35,111 bases of DNA from Gammaproteobacteria bacterium (GCA_036986095.1 BTQX01000003.1:1-35111); one strand, 5' to 3'. Positions 1 through 10,196 are shown, counted from the first letter of the stretch. Program-made: numbers and translations. Notes: generated by a model not told the origin, from the letters alone.

Positions 1-160
1 GAAACTTCTTTAATTCAGTAATAATCACCTGAAATGACTGGATCATTCCATCCATATCATTATCAAATTCTTCATCTGCACAATAGATAAGTTCTTCCAT
101 TTCGAACACTGCATCATCGATTAGGTGGAGATATTCGTTCAGATTCTTTGGTTTATACAT
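1..160 (-). CDS. Small acidic hypothetical protein, 5' part (runs off the window start)
   Basis: Manual translation from ATG at 160: MYKPKNLNEYLHLIDDAVFEMEELIYCADEEFDNDMDGMIQSFQVIITELKKF..., open to position 1. Starts 21 nt after the dcd stop on the same strand. Confidence 0.7.
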   Translation of the reverse strand, partial: MYKPKNLNEYLHLIDDAVFEMEELIYCADEEFDNDMDGMIQSFQVIITELKKF

Positions 161-181
161 AGTAATGTGCCGTTAGTGCTC

Positions 182-751
182 TCAGGTTTTAGGCAGGGTG
201 ACGCCGGTCTGTCCCTGATATTTTCCCCCGCGATCCTTGTAGGAGGTTTCACACTCTTCATCACCCTCAAAGAATATCACCTGCGCCACGCCCTCGTTGG
301 CATAGATCTTGGCAGGTAATGGCGTGGTGTTGGAAAATTCCAGTGTTACATGCCCTTCCCATTCCGGCTCAAACGGTGTGACATTAACGATGATGCCGCA
401 GCGCGCATAGGTCGATTTACCCAGGCAGATCGTGAGCACATTGCGTGGAATCCGCAGGTATTCAACCGTTCTTGCCAATGCGAAAGAGTTTGGTGGAATG
501 ATGCAGACATCACCTTTGAAATCAACGAAGCTGTTTTCGTCGAAATTCTTCGGATCCACCAGCGCAGAGTTGATATTGGTAAAAATCTTGAATTCATCAG
601 AGCAGCGAATATCGTAACCGTAACTGGATGTACCATAGGAAACCAGCTTGTCGCCGGCAGCATTGGCACGCACCTGATCCGATTCAAACGGCTCAATCAT
701 GCCTGCTTCCTGCGCCATTTTACGAATCCATTTATCGGACTTTACGCCCAT
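182..751 (-). CDS. dcd: dCTP deaminase
   Basis: [34 protein letters not shown] motifs and a [13 protein letters not shown]-terminus; 189 aa. Confidence 0.97.
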   Translation of the reverse strand: MGVKSDKWIRKMAQEAGMIEPFESDQVRANAAGDKLVSYGTSSYGYDIRCSDEFKIFTNINSALVDPKNFDENSFVDFKGDVCIIPPNSFALARTVEYLRIPRNVLTICLGKSTYARCGIIVNVTPFEPEWEGHVTLEFSNTTPLPAKIYANEGVAQVIFFEGDEECETSYKDRGGKYQGQTGVTLPKT

Positions 752-802
752 TTCCAGATACTCCTGATTATTTATACTTAAATTTACACATTATCACTGA
801 AA

Positions 803-831
803 AGACCGGTATGTGAAACACACACCGGTCT
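803..831 (-). terminator. Hairpin between apbC and dcd, possible intrinsic terminator
   Basis: AGACCGGTATGTG / CACACACCGGTCT 13-bp stem with 1 mismatch, followed on the minus strand by a short T run. Confidence 0.4.
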
Positions 832-869
832 AAATTGATTACATCATTCTCTTTAATTTAAAAGGAACG

Positions 870-978
870 CGTCATTGCACCCCTCAGGCATTTCCTGCGG
901 TCACAAGCACCGAAGCGTGGCAGTCTCATAGTTTGGAATTAGTCACGTGGAGATTGCCGCGCTTCGCTCGCAATGACG
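870..978. repeat. Palindromic intergenic repeat, CGTCATTGC...GCAATGACG family
   Basis: Outer inverted repeat CGTCATTGC/GCAATGACG. Inner inverted repeat CGAAGCGTGGCAGTCTC/GAGATTGCCGCGCTTCG. Confidence 0.75.
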
Positions 979-995
979 AATATATTGGAGTTTCC

Positions 996-2087
996 TTAGC
1001 TATTCTCAATCACAATATTCGGGAATGCCGCGGTAAAGTCCTTTTTCTTCTTCGACAACCTGGCAGCAGTACGACGTGCGATTTCGCGATAGTTCATTGC
1101 AATACGCCCTTCAGGATCAGCTACGACTGATGGCTTGCCTTCATCACCATGCTTACGAATAGCGATATCCAGAGGAATCGATCCCAGGTAATCAACATCA
1201 TACTGTTCTGCCATACTCAGACCACCACCTTCTCCGAAGATGTGTTCTTCATGTCCGCATTTTGAACAGATATGTGTGCTCATGTTCTCAACGACACCGA
1301 GAACCGGAATTTCAACTTTTTCGAACATCTTCAGTGCCTTTCGCGCATCCAGCAGGGCAATATCCTGAGGCGTAGTAACAATAATAGAGCCACTCACAGG
1401 TACTTTCTGTGCCAGCGTCAGCTGTGTGTCACCGGTTCCCGGCGGCAGATCGATGATCAGATAATCAAGGTCATTCCAGCGGGTATCTTTAAGCAATTGC
1501 TCCAGCGCCTGGGTCACCATCGGGCCACGCCAGATCATTGGCGTTTCTTCATCAATCAGAAAACCAATAGACATCGCCTGCAGATGGTAGGACGTCATTG
1601 GCTCCAGTGAATTACCGTCTTTAGATTCTGGCTGAGCAGAAACGCCCAGCATTCGAGGCTGAGAAGGACCATAGATGTCAGCATCAAGAATACCCACTGA
1701 TGCACCTTCAGCTGATAGCGCCAATGCCAGATTGACCGCAACAGTAGATTTACCGACACCACCTTTACCTGAGGCAACAGCGATAATATTCTTAACATTT
1801 TCCAGCATGCTGACGCCTTTCTGCACGCCATGTTTAGCAATTTTGAATGAGACGTTGACAGTAGCATCGCTGATACCATCAACCGCCATGATCTTTTCTT
1901 TCAGACTGGCGGCAAACTCATCGGCAAAACCCTTGTTAGGATAACCGGCAACGATATTCACCTCGACCTTACCGTCTTTGATGTCGATCTTCTTGACCGT
2001 TTTGCCACTGACCGGATCCTGTTCAGTATAGGGATCAACAACCAGTTTCAGTGCATCTTCAATCTGTTTTTTTGAAACTTCACTCAT
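996..2087 (-). CDS. apbC: Iron-sulfur cluster carrier protein ApbC (Mrp/NBP35 ATPase)
   Basis: SGKGGVGKST deviant Walker A, DADIYGPS, IWRGPM, DLPPGTGD, ENMS..ICSKC; divergent from metG as is usual. Confidence 0.95.
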   Translation of the reverse strand: MSEVSKKQIEDALKLVVDPYTEQDPVSGKTVKKIDIKDGKVEVNIVAGYPNKGFADEFAASLKEKIMAVDGISDATVNVSFKIAKHGVQKGVSMLENVKNIIAVASGKGGVGKSTVAVNLALALSAEGASVGILDADIYGPSQPRMLGVSAQPESKDGNSLEPMTSYHLQAMSIGFLIDEETPMIWRGPMVTQALEQLLKDTRWNDLDYLIIDLPPGTGDTQLTLAQKVPVSGSIIVTTPQDIALLDARKALKMFEKVEIPVLGVVENMSTHICSKCGHEEHIFGEGGGLSMAEQYDVDYLGSIPLDIAIRKHGDEGKPSVVADPEGRIAMNYREIARRTAARLSKKKKDFTAAFPNIVIENS

Positions 2088-2268
2088 GCCCTGACCTCAA
2101 ATGTTTCTTAATTAGTAAATATGTCCGCGAAAGGGCGCCAATCATACGCTCAGAAAACCAAAAAGTCATTTCATACAGTGTTAAAATCGGCATTTAGACA
2201 TCAATTGTGAGGCGAATACACGATTATTTATGTCAGGTATTCGTTTGCTACTAGAATAACGCTACTAA

Positions 2269-2703
2269 ATGACAGATATTATCAATGAATGGGGACTTTG
2301 GGGCCTGTTTGTAAGCGCCTTCATCTCTTCCACCCTGCTGCCTGGTGGCTCGGAAGCCATCCTGATTGCTCTGTCCCTGAATAATGCCCACGAGCCGCTA
2401 GGGCTGCTGCTGGTCGCCACTGCGGGCAATACACTGGGCGGCATCTCCTCATGGTTAATCGGCCGGCTTATTGCGTATTACTGGCCCACACAGAAACTGT
2501 TAAAAAAACCGGAATACCTGAGAGCAGCCAACTGGCTGGAAAAGCACGGTAGTCCGATACTTTTACTGTCATGGTTACCTGTTGTTGGTGACCCGTTATG
2601 TCTTGCAGCGGGCTGGTTGAAGATTCATTTCTGGCCGGCGTTGTTTTTTATAGCGGTTGGTAAGGCGGCACGTTATGGGGCTATATTGTTGATCCTTAAT
2701 TAA
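2269..2703 (+). CDS. YqaA family (DedA/VTT domain) membrane protein
   Basis: SAFISSTLLPGGSE, ATAGNTLGG, LLSWLPVVGDPLCLAAGWL motifs. Confidence 0.9.
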   Translation: MTDIINEWGLWGLFVSAFISSTLLPGGSEAILIALSLNNAHEPLGLLLVATAGNTLGGISSWLIGRLIAYYWPTQKLLKKPEYLRAANWLEKHGSPILLLSWLPVVGDPLCLAAGWLKIHFWPALFFIAVGKAARYGAILLILN

Positions 2704-2721
2704 AATCAACATCGGTATCTG

Positions 2722-2919
2722 TTAACCACAGAGGGCACGGAGGTACACAGAGGTTTATTATATTTCACCGTATCTTAGTTAATGTCAGGTTTTGTAGCTG
2801 AGACAAAACAGGTACAAAGTAATTTACCTCAAATGTTAGTTCGAAAATATTCGGGCCTGTAAACGATTTTATGATTTCCCTAATAAACCTCTGTGTACCT
2901 CCGTGTCCTCTGTGGTGAA
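2722..2919. repeat. 39-bp inverted repeat pair of the ACCACAGAG (9-mer periodic) family with a 120-nt spacer
   Basis: TTAACCACAGAGGGCACGGAGGTACACAGAGGTTTATTA (2722-2760) matches the reverse complement of 2881-2919 with 2 mismatches. Confidence 0.92.
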
Positions 2920-2942
2920 TGCATTTAGGATTTCGTCTTTCG

Positions 2943-2988
2943 ACTTGGAACTTGAAACCTGGAACCTGGAACCTGGAACCTGGAACCT
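2943..2988 (+). repeat. Heptamer tandem repeat (AC[C/T]TGGA)n
   Basis: ACTTGGA ACTTGAA ACCTGGA ACCTGGA ACCTGGA ACCTGGA ACCT. Confidence 0.9.
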
Positions 2989-3063
2989 CAAAAACTGGCA
3001 TCAAACGCCCAAAATTGTTACCTTTCCGCCTCTTTTCTTCATCTACATACTAGAAAATAAATT

Positions 3064-5130
3064 ATGCCTTCATCACAACGTCAAATTCTGGTCACCAGCG
3101 CCCTGCCTTATGCCAATGGGCCTCTCCATCTTGGTCATCTTGTTGAATATCTACAAACTGACATATGGGTGCGGTTCCAGAAGATGCGCGGGCATGAATG
3201 CATCTATGTATGTGCCAGCGATGCCCACGGTACACCGATTATGTTGCGTGCCCAGGCCGATGGACTATCACCGGAGGAACTCATTTCTCAGGTGCATAAA
3301 GAGCATGATCATGACTTTGCTGACTTCCTGATCGAATTTGATAATTTCTACACCACGCATTCCGATGAAAATCGTGAATTATCCACCGCCATTTACAGCA
3401 AACTGAAGGAAGGCGGATACATTGACCGACGTACGATTCGCCAGGCCTATGATCCGGAAAAAGAGATGTTCCTGCCGGATCGTTTTATCAGAGGTGAATG
3501 TCCGCGTTGCGGGGCAAAAGATCAGTATGGAGACAATTGTGAGGTCTGTGGTGCAACCTATTCGCCAACCGAGCTGCACAATGCTGTCTCAGCAGTTTCC
3601 GGTGCCACCCCCATTGAGAAAGAATCCGAACATCTGTTCTTCAGGCTGAGTGATTTTAGCAACCTGTTGAAAGACTGGATCCATGCCGGCCATCTACAGG
3701 ATTCCGTTGCCAACAAGCTTGATGAATGGCTGGAACAGGGGCTGCAGGATTGGGATATTTCGCGTGATGCGCCCTATTTCGGTTTTGAGATCCCGGATGC
3801 GCCCGGTAAGTATTTTTATGTCTGGCTGGATGCCCCGATCGGCTATATGGCCAGCTTCAAAAACCTGTGTGACAGAACGGAACTGGATTTCGATCATTTC
3901 TGGCAGGCCGATTCGACTACTGAGCTATACCATTTTATCGGCAAGGACATCACCAATTTCCACTGCCTGTTCTGGCCGGCCATTCTGGATGGAGCCGGCT
4001 ACCGCAAGCCGACCAATGTCTTTGTCCACGGCTTCCTGACCGTCAATGGCAACAAGATGTCGAAATCGCGCGGCACATTTATTATGGCTCGCACCTTTCT
4101 GAATCATCTCCGTCCTGAATATCTGCGCTACTACTATGCGGCCAAATTGGGTGCCGGTGTGGAGGATGTCGATTTGAACCTGGAAGATTTTCAGGCACGG
4201 GTAAATTCTGACCTGGTCGGCAAGGTGGTCAATATCGCCAGCCGCTGTGCCGGTTTTATCAGTAAGAATTTTGCCGGCGAACTGTCTGCTGAAATCCATA
4301 AGCCCGAATTACTGCAGCAGTTTGCTGAAGCCAGTAACAATATTGCCTCATTATACGAAGCGCGTGAATTTGGCCGCGCCATTCGCGAGATCATGGCATT
4401 GGCAGACCTGGCCAATCAGTACATCGATGAAAACAAACCCTGGGTGCTGGCTAAAGAAAAAGACCGCGAGCAGGATGTGCAGGATGTCTGTAGCATGGGG
4501 CTGAATTTATTCCGCATCCTGATCATCTACCTGAAACCCGTGCTGCCCGCTATGGCTACATCAGCTGAGACCTTCCTGAATGTCTCAGCCTTAACATGGA
4601 AGGACAGTCAGCAAGCGCTGACATCACACAGTATCAACCGTTTCAAACCTTTGATGACGCGCATTGAGACCGCAGCCATTGAGGCCATTGTTGAAGAATC
4701 CACCGCCGCACTTGAAACAGACAATATATCAGAAGGGGAAACCATGACTGAAGCCGAAACGAGTACGAATACGAAGGGCCCTCTATCAGCTGACCCAATC
4801 AGTGATGAAATCAGTTTTGATGACTTCGTTAAACTGGATCTTCGCATTGCGAAAATTGTTAAAGCCCAACATGTAGAAGGTGCTGACAAACTGCTGCAGC
4901 TTACGCTGGATCTCGGCGGTGAAACCCGCAACGTTTTTGCCGGTATCAAGTCCGCCTACAGGCCGGAAGATCTTGAAGGCCGGCTAACGGTGATGGTGGC
5001 TAATCTTGCTCCACGTAAGATGCGATTTGGTCTCTCGGAAGGCATGGTACTGGCTGCCGGACCCGGTGGCCGCGAACTATTTATTCTGGGACCCGATGAA
5101 GGAGCAGAACCGGGAATGCGGGTAAAATAA
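3064..5130 (+). CDS. metG: Methionine--tRNA ligase with C-terminal tRNA-binding OB domain
   Basis: [12 protein letters not shown] (HIGH motif), Zn knuckle CPRC...CEVC, KMSKS, and C-terminal DLRIAKI...SEGMVLAAG. Confidence 0.98.
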   Translation: MPSSQRQILVTSALPYANGPLHLGHLVEYLQTDIWVRFQKMRGHECIYVCASDAHGTPIMLRAQADGLSPEELISQVHKEHDHDFADFLIEFDNFYTTHSDENRELSTAIYSKLKEGGYIDRRTIRQAYDPEKEMFLPDRFIRGECPRCGAKDQYGDNCEVCGATYSPTELHNAVSAVSGATPIEKESEHLFFRLSDFSNLLKDWIHAGHLQDSVANKLDEWLEQGLQDWDISRDAPYFGFEIPDAPGKYFYVWLDAPIGYMASFKNLCDRTELDFDHFWQADSTTELYHFIGKDITNFHCLFWPAILDGAGYRKPTNVFVHGFLTVNGNKMSKSRGTFIMARTFLNHLRPEYLRYYYAAKLGAGVEDVDLNLEDFQARVNSDLVGKVVNIASRCAGFISKNFAGELSAEIHKPELLQQFAEASNNIASLYEAREFGRAIREIMALADLANQYIDENKPWVLAKEKDREQDVQDVCSMGLNLFRILIIYLKPVLPAMATSAETFLNVSALTWKDSQQALTSHSINRFKPLMTRIETAAIEAIVEESTAALETDNISEGETMTEAETSTNTKGPLSADPISDEISFDDFVKLDLRIAKIVKAQHVEGADKLLQLTLDLGGETRNVFAGIKSAYRPEDLEGRLTVMVANLAPRKMRFGLSEGMVLAAGPGGRELFILGPDEGAEPGMRVK

Positions 5131-5156
5131 ACAGCCCCGCAACATAAAAATCTACT

Positions 5157-5233
5157 TTGAACCGCAAAGACGCAGAGTACGCAAAGAACTACAAGACAAA
5201 AACCTTGGCGTCCTCTGCGCCTTTGCGGTTCAA
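5157..5233. repeat. Inverted repeat of the ACCGCAAAG variant of the 9-mer periodic family
   Basis: TTGAACCGCAAAGACGCAGAGTACGCAAAG ... CTTGGCGTCCTCTGCGCCTTTGCGGTTCAA directly after metG. Confidence 0.88.
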
Positions 5234-5328
5234 TATTAACGATAAAAGGCCATGAAAGAATACGCGCTTATTTTGTTCGCTGCGATGCGCGAGCGGGATG
5301 CCGCGGATGTACCGCTGCCTTTATCGTA

Positions 5329-5775
5329 TTGAGTATGCCAGCCATGCATGTAACGGCCTTAGCGTTGATAATTGAAGAATATTGCATTGGATGTGCAAAA
5401 TGCATTCAGGCCTGTCCGGTTGACGCCATTGTCGGTGCAGCTAAACAGATGCACACCGTTATCGAAGAAGAATGCACAGGATGTGAGCTTTGCCTGCCGC
5501 CCTGCCCGGTGGATTGTATTGATATGCGTCCTGTAAAATCTGGCATTGGCAACCCAGAAATATGGAAAAAAGAGCAGGCAACCAGCAGGGCTAATCGCGC
5601 CAGACTACGCACCGAAGCAAGAATAGAAAGACTTGAGCGGGTAAAAACAGAGAAAAAAGCGCAACACGCCGCCAGGGCAAAGATGACTGCCGCAAGCTCT
5701 GACAGAAAAAAAGAAATCCAGGCCGCCGTAGCTCGAGTAAAAGCAAAAAAGTCTGAAAATCCTGAAACACCATGA
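5329..5775 (+). CDS. RnfB/RsxB-like 2x[4Fe-4S] ferredoxin, short form (start uncertain: 5329, 5335 or 5344)
   Basis: [46 protein letters not shown], a basic helical tail ending [10 protein letters not shown], and overlap with the nth start. Confidence 0.85.
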   Translation: MSMPAMHVTALALIIEEYCIGCAKCIQACPVDAIVGAAKQMHTVIEEECTGCELCLPPCPVDCIDMRPVKSGIGNPEIWKKEQATSRANRARLRTEARIERLERVKTEKKAQHAARAKMTAASSDRKKEIQAAVARVKAKKSENPETP

Positions 5776-6407
5776 ACCGAGACAAACGCATACAGATCTT
5801 CGAGCTGCTGAAAAATGAAAATCCCAGGCCGCAAACCGAACTCAGACACAGCTCCCCTTTTGAGCTGTTGATCTCGGTTATCCTCTCTGCCCAGGCCACC
5901 GATATCAGTGTCAACAAGGCCACTGCAAAGCTCTATCCTGTCGCAAACACAGCCCGGGCAATACATGATCTGGGCATTGATGCTCTGAAAGAATACATAC
6001 GGTCAATAGGCTTATATAACACCAAGGCAGAAAATATTATCAAAACTTGTGCTATTCTTATCAATGAGTACGGGGGACAGGTACCGGCAACAAGAGCAGA
6101 GCTCGAGACATTGCCCGGTGTAGGTCGAAAAACGGCCAATGTAGTACTGAATACAGCCTTTGGCAAACCTACCATTGCGGTTGATACACACATATATCGC
6201 ATTGCCAACCGCACCGGGATTGCAAAGGGTAAGACTGTACGTGAAGTCGAGGACAGACTGCTACGACTGGTGCCTGACCAATATAAACAGGATGCCCATC
6301 ACTGGCTGATCCTGCATGGACGATATACCTGCATCGCACGTAAACCACGCTGCGGCAGTTGTATTATTCATGATCTATGTGAATACAGAGCAAAAACAGA
6401 AACATGA
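5772..6407 (+). CDS. nth: Endonuclease III
   Basis: LSAQATD, Hh[17 protein letters not shown], and C-terminal Fe-S motif [17 protein letters not shown]. Confidence 0.97.
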   Translation: MNRDKRIQIFELLKNENPRPQTELRHSSPFELLISVILSAQATDISVNKATAKLYPVANTARAIHDLGIDALKEYIRSIGLYNTKAENIIKTCAILINEYGGQVPATRAELETLPGVGRKTANVVLNTAFGKPTIAVDTHIYRIANRTGIAKGKTVREVEDRLLRLVPDQYKQDAHHWLILHGRYTCIARKPRCGSCIIHDLCEYRAKTET

Positions 6408-7501
6408 GCACAGCCATAGCAACCGGCCTCAGTTACGGCACGCATCCCATCATTGAGCATGCTGCCAGAGCCGTTAGAATCGCTTTAGAAAAGGCCGATA
6501 TCACACAGGCCGAGAGCGTACTGTTGTTTATGACACCGGAATATTCCGATGAGGCTGAAGCTGCCGTTCGCCTGGCCGCACGTACAGCCCGCTGTCTACA
6601 GGTTTCCGGCTGCATCGGGTATGGCATATTGACGGATCATGACTGGATACTGGACAGCCCGGGCATCGCCGCCATGGTTTTTGGCAAAGACACAGTGATC
6701 TCTCCACGCAGCTCTGACACAGCGAAAGCCTTTCTGTCCTTTGGCACACCACAGGGTTTCGACCCGAACTGGCTGCATGATGAGACACCGCATATTGGTG
6801 CCATTGCATCAGACCCCCTGGGACAGGGTAATTACAAACACTGGCAGGGTGCCCGGATAAAAGCGGATAATTGTGTAGAACTGGCCATCAACAATGTCGA
6901 TGCAGGCTTTGCTGTTGCACAAAGCTTTAAAACACTGACTAAACCACACATCATTGCTGCTGCCGAGGGTCTGGACGTGGTCAGCATTGAAGACTCACCG
7001 GCGCTGGATGTACTGCTAAACGCCTTGCCAGCATCGATGAAAAAAAGCGAGCTGCCGCTGCACCTGTTGCTGGGCGGCGTCACCTTTGGCCAAACTGACA
7101 ATGCCATAAACGAAGGCCGCTTCCACCTCGACCACATTATCTCCACCAACCCGGAAAGCCATTCAATCACCCTGACCTCGGAGCTCCAGCCTGGCGAACA
7201 CCTGTTCCTGGCCATCCGCGATACCTATGCTGCCGAACTTGGTATGAAACAGGCTATCGATGCCGCAACAAAAAAACTCCATGGCAAAGCGGATTTCGGC
7301 TTCATGTTCCCCTGCCTGGGACGTGGCCCCTCATTCTACGGCGGCAGCGACAGAGATATAGAAATACTCAGGGAAACGAACCCCGGCATGCCGTTTATCG
7401 GCTTCTATGGTAACGGTGAAATTGGGCCACTAAAGAACGGAAACTATACCTATCAGTATTCGGCAAGTCTGGGGCTCTTCAAAATCAATCGAAAAAAGTA
7501 G
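6404..7501 (+). CDS. FIST N/C domain protein
   Basis: SGCIGYGIL in the N-terminal part; FPCLGRG and GFYGNGEIGP FIST_C signatures. Confidence 0.88.
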   Translation: MSTAIATGLSYGTHPIIEHAARAVRIALEKADITQAESVLLFMTPEYSDEAEAAVRLAARTARCLQVSGCIGYGILTDHDWILDSPGIAAMVFGKDTVISPRSSDTAKAFLSFGTPQGFDPNWLHDETPHIGAIASDPLGQGNYKHWQGARIKADNCVELAINNVDAGFAVAQSFKTLTKPHIIAAAEGLDVVSIEDSPALDVLLNALPASMKKSELPLHLLLGGVTFGQTDNAINEGRFHLDHIISTNPESHSITLTSELQPGEHLFLAIRDTYAAELGMKQAIDAATKKLHGKADFGFMFPCLGRGPSFYGGSDRDIEILRETNPGMPFIGFYGNGEIGPLKNGNYTYQYSASLGLFKINRKK

Positions 7502-7508
7502 ATATACA

Positions 7509-7943
7509 TTGAGTCTCTACGGAAAAGACCGCGGCGGAATGCGGCAGGTATTTTTTAATACCTGGCAGAAGTACAAACAATCCCAGGCTCTACAGGGCGT
7601 TGAGTCATTATTGATTGACGTTATCCTGCTGCACCCCGAATATCACTCCATACTTGAAAATCAGGATAAATACCTGGATTTTGATTTCCCGCCCGAGCAG
7701 GGTCAGGGAAATCCGTTCCTGCACATGAGTCTACACGTAACAATAGAAGAACAACTGTCGATCGATAATCCACCAGGCATCCGCCAACACTTCCAGACCC
7801 TGCAGCAAAGCCGCGACAAACATGATGCGCTACATGTGTTGCTCGAATGCCTGGCTGAAGCGATATGGAAAGCGCAAAGACATGAAACCAGCGAACTGGA
7901 AAAAGATTATCTCGCCTGTATTACCGAACAAGCTCAAAAATGA
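7509..7943 (+). CDS. DUF1841 family protein
   Basis: RQVFFNTWQK, HPEYH, NPFLHMSLHVTIEEQLSIDNPPGIR. Confidence 0.9.
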   Translation: MSLYGKDRGGMRQVFFNTWQKYKQSQALQGVESLLIDVILLHPEYHSILENQDKYLDFDFPPEQGQGNPFLHMSLHVTIEEQLSIDNPPGIRQHFQTLQQSRDKHDALHVLLECLAEAIWKAQRHETSELEKDYLACITEQAQK

Positions 7944-9592
7944 AAGAGTCTAAAGTCTATTCTCTCTCGCTGGGTCCGCAGAGGACGCAGGGAGATCAAA
8001 ATCTTTTTTCTATAAAAAATACACTTTTTTTGTCACTTTTTTTGCTGTTATTTTTTCCCGCTACACCTGGCCTTGCAGCGGGAACAAAAGCATCAAATAT
8101 TCTCCATAGAGGCAACAGCACTGAGCCCGTTACGCTCGACCCACATCAATCAGAAGATGTCTCCAGCGGCAATATACTACGTGATCTGTTTGAGGGCCTG
8201 GTGACAGAAGACGCGGCAGGCAATCTTATCCCCGGTGCGGCGGAGAAATGGACCATCTCCGAGGACGGTCTAACATACACGTTCAAGCTGCGTACCTGCC
8301 TGGCCTGGTCCAATGGCGAGGCGTTGTCAGCCGCTGACTTCATCTTTTCTCTGCGGCACGCACTGGATCCGGACACGGCAGCACCGATGGCAAGCCTCCT
8401 TCTGCCCATAAAGAATGCACGTGAGGTCATGAATAGCAACATGCCAGTAGAAAAACTGGGCATTGAAATGCCGGATGCCCACACCCTGATCATCAAACTC
8501 GAGCAGCCGACCCCCTGGTTTCTGCAAATACTAAGCCACCCGATCGCCTTTCCTGTCTATGCAACTTCCCTGATAAAGGACAAAGACAAGGCCTTCAGTG
8601 CCGGCAACACAATTTCAAATGGGGCATGGACCCTGCAGCAATGGGTTCCATACGAAAAGCTGGTGCTTAACCGGAACACTCATTACTACAATCAGAAAAC
8701 ACTATTTTTTAAACAGGTGGTCTATTACCCGATTGAAACGAGTAACACCGAATTCAGCCGCTACCGCGCCGGTGAATTAGACTGGACCGATACAATTCCA
8801 CCAAACAAGCTTGGCTGGATCAAAAAAAACCTGCCTGGCGAAGCCTTCATCAGCCTTTACCTCGGTACCTACTATTACGGCTTCAACCTGACTCACAAGC
8901 CATTCAAAGGAAATACCGACCTGCGTCAAGCCCTGTCACTGTCCATAGACAGAGCAATTATTGCAGAGAAGATCCTGGGAAATGGTGAGCATCCAGCAGA
9001 CCGATGGCTACCAGCCGGGATTCTGTCCGGGCCCGAACAATCTGCTAGCCGCATGGGTCAAAACCTGAAACTGGCCAAACAACTCTACAACAAGGCCGGC
9101 TACAGTCGCGACACCCCCCTTCACACCACTCTACACTATAACTCCAGCGATCAGAACAAACGCATCGCCATCGCCATCGCCGCCATGTGGAAGAAAAACC
9201 TCGGCATAAAAGTAGAGCTGATCAATGAAGAATGGAAGGTATTCCTCAATAGAAGAAAAAGCAAAACAGAAACACAGCTCTACCGCGCTTCGTGGATAGC
9301 CGACTATAACGACGCCAGCAGCTTCCTGACCCTGTTCACCAGCAACAACGCCAGGAATGATACCGGCTACGCCAGCCCTGTTTACGATGGGTTAATAAAG
9401 CAGATCGAGTCAACAATGGATAACACTGCGAGAGAAAAATTGATCCGGCGGGCAGAGCAACAGTTACTCGATGACCAGGTCATCATACCGATCTACCATT
9501 ACGTCTCACGGCATCTGGTAAAGCCTGATATAAAGGGATACAAGGCGAATCCGCTCGATCATCATTACAGCCGGGATTTGTATCGGGACTGA
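7940..9592 (+). CDS. Peptide ABC transporter substrate-binding protein (OppA-like, family 5)
   Basis: RGNSTEPVTLDPH, DLFEGLV, PGAAEKWTISEDGLTYTFKLR, WIADYND and a signal-peptide-like hydrophobic stretch; the start is uncertain. Confidence 0.92.
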   Translation: MKESKVYSLSLGPQRTQGDQNLFSIKNTLFLSLFLLLFFPATPGLAAGTKASNILHRGNSTEPVTLDPHQSEDVSSGNILRDLFEGLVTEDAAGNLIPGAAEKWTISEDGLTYTFKLRTCLAWSNGEALSAADFIFSLRHALDPDTAAPMASLLLPIKNAREVMNSNMPVEKLGIEMPDAHTLIIKLEQPTPWFLQILSHPIAFPVYATSLIKDKDKAFSAGNTISNGAWTLQQWVPYEKLVLNRNTHYYNQKTLFFKQVVYYPIETSNTEFSRYRAGELDWTDTIPPNKLGWIKKNLPGEAFISLYLGTYYYGFNLTHKPFKGNTDLRQALSLSIDRAIIAEKILGNGEHPADRWLPAGILSGPEQSASRMGQNLKLAKQLYNKAGYSRDTPLHTTLHYNSSDQNKRIAIAIAAMWKKNLGIKVELINEEWKVFLNRRKSKTETQLYRASWIADYNDASSFLTLFTSNNARNDTGYASPVYDGLIKQIESTMDNTAREKLIRRAEQQLLDDQVIIPIYHYVSRHLVKPDIKGYKANPLDHHYSRDLYRD

Positions 9593-9774
9593 AGTTCCAA
9601 GTCTAAAGTTCCAAGTTCCAAGTCAAACACTAAAAGCTTTTCACCACAGAGGACACAGAGAGCACAGAGGAAAGAAAAAAGATTTTAGGTTACAACAAAA
9701 AACCTCTGTGTCCTCCGTGTCCTCTGTGGTTAACTGGTTTTGACTTTAGCTTGGAACTTGGAACTTGGAACTTC
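9591..9774. repeat. Nested palindrome: outer inverted heptamer arrays enclosing an ACCACAGAG-family inverted repeat
   Basis: (AAGTTCC)n at 9591-9627 and (GGAACTT)n at 9739-9774. Inner TTCACCACAGAGGACACAGAGAGCACAGAGG (9640-9670) and CCTCTGTGTCCTCCGTGTCCTCTGTGGTTAA (9703-9733). Confidence 0.92.
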
Positions 9775-9776
9775 TT

Positions 9777-10196
9777 TCAACCCCAATCCGGCTGAAACAG
9801 TTCAACATACTCTTTCACCGAACGTCGTCCTTTCTCGCAATCCTCATACAGATGAAAATTTGCCAGACGTAATTCTGGGAAGCGCCAGCACAAATGTCCG
9901 TCGCCGGTATCAAAATGTACCACCCAGAGATTGCTGGCCGTGACACCCAGACGTTGTAGTTTATCTATCCAGTCCTGTACAACTTTACGATAGGCCGATT
10001 CAACAGTGCTGGCTGAATCATCATTTGCAGTGATACTTGTTTGCAGTTGTGATCTTAATGGCTCCAGCTTTTTATGCGCTGTTGTGGTTATTTTTACTAT
10101 CAGGGGCATCAGTGCCCTCGCTTCAGAAAGAGTAAACACCCTCCCCTCATCCAGTGGAAAAATTTGTGCCACAAAGCGGCTATCCAGTTCGTACAT
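9777..10196 (-). CDS. DUF2203-like protein
   Basis: RVFTLSEARALMPL N-terminus and VHFDTGDGHLCWRFPE motif; start overlaps the murJ stop (TAATG). Confidence 0.75.
   Translation of the reverse strand: MYELDSRFVAQIFPLDEGRVFTLSEARALMPLIVKITTTAHKKLEPLRSQLQTSITANDDSASTVESAYRKVVQDWIDKLQRLGVTASNLWVVHFDTGDGHLCWRFPELRLANFHLYEDCEKGRRSVKEYVELFQPDWG

Noticed and set aside
2943-2988. Short periodic repeats as a possible CRISPR array
   Set aside because: The units are 7 nt with no unique spacers, and no cas genes are in the window.
2765-3331. ORFs 2765-3004 (-) and 2903-3331 (+) with LELETWNLEPGT-like repeats; likewise 9740-9943 and 15611-16003
   Set aside because: They are translations of heptamer DNA repeats and overlap real genes in other frames.
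5251-5328. In-frame [11 protein letters not shown] upstream of the rnfB-like gene as the missing Fe-S domain
   Set aside because: There is no in-frame start codon, the Cys spacing does not match RnfB, and the stretch sits inside a small inverted repeat (ACGATAAAAGGC/GCCTTTATCGT).
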